NCBI RefSeq assembly: GCF_037042905.1
Contig: NC_087250.1
Span: 26,290,001-26,354,000, forward strand
DNA: 64,000 nt
Source: Lytechinus pictus
Lineage: Eukaryota
Direction of reading: 5' to 3'
Shown here: in pieces, positions 56,831 through 64,000 of the stretch
Position numbering within the stretch: position 1 is the first letter of the stretch
Layout of the letters: each line of letters starts with the position of its first letter
Position numbers and translations under genes: made by a program
Notes under the pieces: generated by a model
What the model saw: the letters and a program-made list of their open reading frames with translations, nothing else
Told to the model about the DNA's origin: nothing
The model's database searches: none

Positions 56831-57424
56831 AGTTCAAGTCCACCCCAGCAAAATGTTGATTTGAATAAATAGAGAAAAATCAAACTAGCATAACACTGAA
56901 AATTTCATCAAAATCGGATGTAAAATAAGAAAGTTATGGCATTATAAAGTTTCGCATATTTTTCACAAAACAGTGATATGCACAACTCAGTGACATGCAA
57001 ATGAGTCAGTCGATGAGGTTCATCACTCACTATTTCTTTTGTTTTGTATTGTTTGAATTATACAATATTTCATTTTTTACAGATTTGACAATAGGGACCG
57101 ACTTTACTGAATCATATAGTATTAAACGATGCTAGTATCACATGTTCAGGGAGGAATTAATCACTGTTTCACTTGACAATGAGGAGATAGTTAGAATATT
57201 TGATATAATGAAATACAAAAGAAATAGTGAGTGGATGACGTCATCACTCCCCTCATTTGCATACCGACCAGGATGTGCATATAACTGTTTTCTGAAATTA
57301 AGCGAAACTTTAAAGTGTTATTACTTTCTTATTTTACATCCGATTTTGATGAAATTTTCAGTGCTGTGTTTGTTGGATTTTCTTCTTTTCATTCAAATAA
57401 ATTTTGTTGGGGTAAACTTGTCCT
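56831..57424. mobile_element. MITE with TTAA TSD, Kolobok-like
   Basis: ttaa|agttcaagtccacccca ... tggggtaaacttgtcct|ttaa; absent from the paralogous segment near 39630. Confidence 0.8.
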
Positions 57425-58473
57425 TTAAAACATATACATCGCAACCTCTCACCCTCCCTCTCTCTCTATCTTTAGCCTTAAAATTAATCGTTACATTTCA
57501 TTTCAAATATAGATTGCATAAAGCTTCTGATATTAACTGATTTTATGTCCAAAACCACAACTTCATCAAGTGCTTCCATGTGATTTTAATGTAGACTTGA
57601 AAGAGCGCCATCTTTTGAGATAGAATGGAATAGCGTACGAAAGGGATTTTCCCCCAATAGATGATAGCCGACTTCAGATCACTGCCACTTTATGGAGGCC
57701 AAAAATACTGGGGCTTCTAATGTAGAAGAAAATCAATTTCAATTTCAATAAGCCAAGTGAGTTGCTCAGTATGTCTATGCATATATAATATTTTGTTAAA
57801 TATACTTGAAGCCCCTTCCCCCGAGAGAAAGTACCATGAAAACAGAGACAGCGTCTATACCATATTTAGGAACCTCCAGACATTACAAGCTCAGCTTTTT
57901 ATGTAGGTTATTTTACATATCTCACTTTCATTAAATGCAATTGTCATAATCTTCTGTATTCTGTATTATAATTATGTATTTCTTGTGTTATTTTATTTTG
58001 ATTTATTATTCTGTAGAAGCATTGAACATAAATTCAATATGACAGTGTTGTAGTTCTTCAAAAAAATGGAAGTAGCATTGCATAATGGTCACATTTAATA
58101 TAATTTAGTATAATGTAATCGTACTACATTTTCTGGTTATACAAAAGTAAGAAGCGTTTGGATCATTCTCTTCCTCTTTCTCTCTTTCTCGCCTTTTTTC
58201 CCCTTTCCTTTTGTCTATCTCTTAAAGTCAATCGTTCCTGGCAAGCCCCTCCATTTTGTTTCCTTTTACTTAATTTCGACGAAGCCAGTTCTATCTACGT
58301 AGTTCAAATTCACCCTTTCTTAAATTTTGTTATGAATTACTAAGAATGACATGGTTTGTGATGTATTTAACTTTGTAATGTAATGCTACTTTGTTTCCTA
58401 AGAAAGGAAAATACCAATACAAATTCAATTACAAATTCATCCCCCCCCCCTCCCCCATCTCTCTATCATTCCT

Positions 58474-58884
58474 TAGGTTAACGATCGCATCATCTTCAAA
58501 ATCCTTCTCCTTGTATTCCATGCAATTAATGGCTCTGCTCCACAGTACAATATTAATCTAATCAGCAAATACACTCCAGTCAGGTCCCTACGTTCATCAA
58601 ACTCTGGTTCCCTAGTTATTCCTAAATCCGTTAAGACATGGGGGTTCGGGCTTTTGCTCACGCTGGCCCTGTTCGCTGGAACGATCTTCCCCTGACAATC
58701 CGTGAATGCACGTCCACTGATATATTCAAACGTTACCTCAACACTCGTCTATTCAATGTTCCTGAATCTATTACTATTATATTTGTACTTTTTCTCTTTC
58801 TTTCTTTCTTCTTTCACTGCGCCTTGGGCACTCTACCGAGTGGATTTGGCGCATTAAAAATCAGATATATTATTATTATTATTA
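58474..58884 (+). mobile_element. 3' fragment of an L2-type LINE
   Basis: RIIFKILLLVFHAING.APQY...RSLRS...RAFAHAGPVRWNDLP..IR...FKRYLNTRLF, then an (ATT)n tail; attcctt on both flanks. Confidence 0.85.
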
Positions 58885-58980
58885 TTCCTTGTTTCTCGGT
58901 AGTCTTTAGATCTTCTCCCCCCCCCCCCCCCTCTCTCTCTCTCTCTCCCTTATTCCATCTTTATTCCCCTTGTCTCTCTA

Positions 58981-59176
58981 CACTCTTAAAAACGTTGGGC
59001 AACATACGGTCCACACAACAATTGGTTAAAACTTTATCAAATTCTGAGTAGCTTTAAACCAATAATGTGTGCTTTTGGTGAAAACTACACAGTATTGGTT
59101 GAAAACTACCCAGAGTTGGATAATGTTTTAACCAATTGTTGTGTGGACCGTATGTTGCCCAACGTTTTTAAGAGTG
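58981..59176. mobile_element. Palindromic MITE (second copy of 16357-16552, opposite orientation)
   Basis: Same arms, TA TSD, inverted core. Confidence 0.85.
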
Positions 59177-59944
59177 TATGTTTATTGGCGGCGGAAGCCA
59201 CAAAAAATTAGAGGGGGTGGAACCACCTGCAATTTTGGAATGGGCACAGTTAAAACAATTGGATAAGCACAACAAAAAATCAACATAAATTTTAGGGGGT
59301 TCATCCCCCATTCAAATGCCTATGTCTATTTATCCCTCTCACTCCTCCACCTCTCTCTCTCTCTTTCCCAGTCTTTATTCTCTTTGGCCCGTATTCCGTA
59401 TGGGAAGCGAAAAGTATCAACAATTTTATTAAGTTGTATGTTTCTTACGTTTACTGTGCTCTTTCCTGATTCATCGATGGTAAAGACAATCTTCTATTTA
59501 TACTTCCTAGACAATTATGAACGATTTGAGAGCCGAATGAGTTGAAGTATTATATCTCTTCTGTTAATGATTTTGTAACAATTGGCTGTCCATACTTAAA
59601 CCACAACTTTAAACCTGAGTTTAAGTTAAACTCGACTTCAGAATTCTCTCTCCCCTTCTTCCATCTTTCTCTTCATCTCTCTCTCTCATATTTTCTATCC
59701 CTCTCCTTTCTATCTCTTTCTTTTATTATCCTTTTATTTTAATATTTTCTGTCTCTCTTTCTCCGTCTTTACTTTCATCATCTCTCATTTTTTTTTCTCT
59801 CATTCCCCACCCTCCCTCTATTTATCTTTATTTTATCTTTTCCCCTTTTTCTGTCACCGTCGTTCTATACATCATTTTAACCAGTCCCACATGTCCAATA
59901 TACTCATTTGTAAATTAGAAATATGAACTACATGTAAAGTCGGT

Positions 59945-60987
59945 ATTTTGTTTGACATTTATTTTCATTTATGCTGACAAAGTTACTTGATTATAAAGTT
60001 ACATTATTATTTTGTACATTAAAATCACCCGCCTCATCACCATGATGATGACTTCAAAATACAAACACCCTGTAAAGATTCTGATCAATTTCAAATATTT
60101 TATTCAGATCGGTTCATAGTTGGGTTTTTATCAGTAATGTGTATACAGCTGGTTGTCGATTGGCAAACCTTTCTCGAAATGTACTAAATACCGTAACACA
60201 TAGTAGAGATATATATATTCAGATCGGTTGATAATTGGTAATTTGATTAGTAATTTGTATACAACTATATATTGCATTGGCAAACATTTCTCAAAATGTA
60301 CTAAATACCGTAACCCAGAGTAAAGAAAAATATTTGCTTTCTATTAGATACTTGCTTTCTATTTCCACATGACTATTTTCAGCTTTTAAGTAGGTGACAA
60401 TAATTTCGTCTTGATAAAAGTCTGTACATCAAAAAAACATAGACCTTTCTCTACTCAACAGTGTTTGTATCTCCTTCACAACAAAGCGTAATGAAAATAT
60501 ATTTAAAACAAAACGTATTCATTCTACTCATCTTGCAATATACATTTAGAAATAATAGATCATGATATCATTATAAATCATCACATTATATCATAATATA
60601 ACTGCGTATTATGTGCATTAGTGAAGCGAATAAACAGCTGTATAAGAACAAACAAAAATTCAGATTCAGATTCATTAATTTATTGTCCTCAATGGAAATT
60701 CACTCTGTTGGCATTACAAAATATAAATTCATTATTCACATAGATTATAGTGCACTTACATTATTTACATACATTATAACTGCACATTAATATACATTAT
60801 ACACACCATTTATGTCATTATTTCAGTTATTATATTGCATAATATTTAGCAAATCAAAGAAAGCTGGGATTGTCAAGTGTTTCATCGGACAGTTGCCATA
60901 GTAACAACGCTTCTCAGCCAATCAAATCAAGAAAAGTCCTTACATCTGACAAATTACCGAGATAAATTTGTATAGAACTCCTTCCCG

Positions 60988-61023
<36 letters not shown>

Positions 61024-62045
61024 GGGAACAAATTTCGAATATGCAATGCTATAGACAATAACGAGCGACTAAATTGATTTAATCTTTAAACTTTAAATAA
61101 AACATTAACCCTATACCTAAACTCAATCTGTAGAGAGTTGATTATTGTAAGAATAAATTCGGTAGGATTTTTTTTTTTTATAAATGACACATTGCTACTT
61201 TTTTAACACAACACACCTTATAAATAACGCAAGATCTGATTAATTGTCAAAATAAATTTATTTATAGAACTTTCTCCCGCTTTCTCTCTTTGGGAGCAAA
61301 TTTTTAAAAAGCAATGATAAAGACAATAACAAGCTATTAAATTGATACTTCAAATAAACCCTAACTAAACAAAATCTGTACAAAGTTGATTATTATGAGA
61401 ATAAATTCGGTAGGATTTTTTTTTATAAAGGACGCATTTCTACATTAACACAACACAATTCAATTCAATCTTTATAGACAATACCGATTTATAACAAGCT
61501 ATTGAACATAAACCCTATATAGGCCTACCTAAACCCAATCTGTACAAAGTTGATTATTGTAAGAATAAATTCGGTAGCCGGATTCTTTTGTATAAATGAC
61601 ACATTTCTACATTAACACAACACACCTTAGACAATACCGATTTATATAAAACGCATCGGAGCAACATATGCCATATACAGTACAAACTGTTTACAAACTA
61701 AACGCAGTATTAAATGAAAATGAAATAAAGAATTTAAATGAATTGAATATTATACCGCCTCCCTAATATGAAGCCACGAACATAAGCTATGATATCATTT
61801 GTCTGTTACACAACAAATACATGTATATCCCTATTTTTATTTATTTACAGCATGGCACGTTCGACTAACAGATGTTTATTTGTCCATGGGATCTTTATGA
61901 TGAAATTAATTTGACATCAATTAACGATGTCGATAAACGTTACTGAACGTAGCGGGCGTCAACACATCATTACAGTCGTTAACAAAAAACAACTAAAAAA
62001 TCTTTCATCAATCAAAAGCTTGCTACTTGAGATTTCATAGCCAGG
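59945..62045. repeat. Paralogue of the 3' flank/UTR (about 12635-13865) of the intact exon
   Basis: Collinear blocks tttatgctgacaaa, gatgatgac.tcaaaataca, catagtaaca.cgcttctcag.caatc, actgaacgtag..ggcg..aacacat.attacagt. Confidence 0.8.
61020..61645. repeat. Three diverged tandem units of about 170-250 bp
   Basis: agttgattat..t.agaataaattcggtag recurs near 61135, 61383 and 61547. Confidence 0.8.
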
Positions 62046-64000
62046 TAGTAAGTGTAATATAATATATAAGATTAAACATGTGGTGAATGAAATCTTAATT
62101 AATTTTTGTTGAAAATATTAAGCCGATATGAGGATAAAGTAAAAGGTGTACAGACTTTCGAAAGTAAATGAGCTGATTAAAATAAGCGATATGATGTAAT
62201 ACTTTTATGAATATAATAAATATGGAGCGTGCTGAGTCATTTTGAGATTGACGTCACCGGATACTACAGAATGAGAATATTCAATCGGTGTAAAGAGAAT
62301 TATGGGGGAAACATATTCATTTTTGTCTGTTTTCATCATATCCATTGTGCTATGCATGCTGACTGAGCAAATATTCTATTACACAATATGAGTTTTTATC
62401 TTATTTTCTGTTAACATTTATGAGAGGGACTACGTACATAAACTGCACATACAGTGTAAACAGCATGTACATGTACGCCTACGCACATCACATTTTTAGC
62501 CGTTTCTTCTTCATTTGGAGGCTTGTTTTACCTGGTCGTGTCTAACCCTATGTTCATGTTGTCAGTTAACTACCATGGTAACGCTTATCAGCAGCCAATC
62601 AGAATCAAGGATTCCATGCAAGTTACAATTGAATGGCAACGTTACCATAATTGTAACAGAATAGCCACAGTGTACATGTAAATGCCATAATGTGGGGTTG
62701 CCTATAATCCATTCCCCTCTCCGCCCCCTGAATGAGCATATTTGACAAAACATGTCTTCAATTTCTGATACAAAACATACCGTATCTTCAATTTCTGAGG
62801 CAATTAATTCAAGAGGTAATTTCTATGACACTATAGTTTATATAGATCTACCTGTAGACCTTGCCATGGTGGTCAATGCATGGACATACATGTATGCAGT
62901 GCAGTATGTACAATACATTGTATACTGTATGGCACCTATGGATAATAACATTTTTTTTGTTTAATAAGATATATTTCGTAAATTTCCGTAGAACCCAAAG
63001 TAGAGGAATAAGAGCAATATATCATATGAAACTACTTGCTATTGTGGAACTTGTATCGTCCAATATCCAAGAACCACAAGACGATGAAAACTAATTTTGG
63101 GCTGAGAAATGGGTCTAAAAATGTGTAAATTTTGGTAAAATAACCCTTTAACTTTGCAAATAATGGTTTTTAAGTACTAATGTTAGGTAAAACAGACTGC
63201 CTGCCCCCAAAAACATATGAATAGACACCAAAACTAGAGAAAAAGACCAAATGAAGAAGTTGTGGCCAAAACTGTGATTTTGGGGGTTTTTGCGGCCATT
63301 TCGGATTTTGGTCCGGCACACTTTTTTCTCGGACCCGAGAAAAAATATTGTCATTTCATGTTGAGATACATTACAAGGAATATATAAGAACGGTTGCCAT
63401 ATTAAATTGACAAAAAAGTATTTTTGACCCATGTATAGCCCACTCCTACTATATAAAAAAAAATAATGAATTAGCAAATTTTGTCAGACACGTACACATT
63501 CCATGTGAAGTTTACATAAAATTTTGTTTGACCCATGTATAGCCCACTCTTACTTGAATTGTTCTGTTGTTGTTTCGTTTTAATATGTTCTCTTGTAGTT
63601 GTAGCTTTGAATTTTCCTTCTTTAAGCAAACTTTTTTTTTCAACCAAAGAATGAGAGAGCGTGTTCCCTTTTTCCAAATCATTTCATTGTGTGCTACAAA
63701 GGTTATGGTGCCTTTGAACAGTGCCATACAGATGGGAGGGGGCTCGGGGATGCTCCCCCCAAAAAAATGAAAATAAAGAAATAAATAAAAATCATGACCA
63801 AGAAAAAAATGGAAAGGAAATAAAAGGAAAAAAAATGAAAATGAACTATGATGTTATTTTCTAAATATGTCAACATCTATCACAAAATTGGATATTGTAA
63901 TACAAAAGGGGAAATCTTTGCTTGCTCCCTTCGCTCGCTCTCATCTTTTTAATACATTTTACCCGATCTGCCATATCTAGCTCCTTCAAAATTAACTCAA

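Overview
AT-rich, repeat-dense eukaryotic (animal) DNA; the repeat repertoire and gene type suggest an echinoderm such as a sea urchin (inference, not established). The only host-like gene content is a minus-strand DEATH-domain + coiled-coil + NHL/beta-propeller family: one intact DEATH exon (31855-31579), one decayed terminal exon (30988-20672, split by a 9.2-kb IS3EU-like transposon with a 6-bp TSD and a 2.9-kb internal fold-back) and one intact paralogous terminal exon (15879-14327) with no visible DEATH exon of its own. Paralogous non-coding flanks at about 12.6-13.9 kb, 39.5-41.1 kb and 56.1-62.0 kb point to a tandem cluster. The rest is nested mobile DNA: a decayed Gmr1-type Gypsy LTR element (integrase before RT) with a CR1/L2-group LINE inserted in its RNase H end, an intron-containing Harbinger transposase relic, hAT/Harbinger/Kolobok/EnSpm/Tc1-like MITEs, tRNA-SINEs, and two copies of a short SINE-like element whose head resembles the 5' Alu domain of 7SL RNA. 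All alignments were done by eye; coordinates of degraded elements are approximate.
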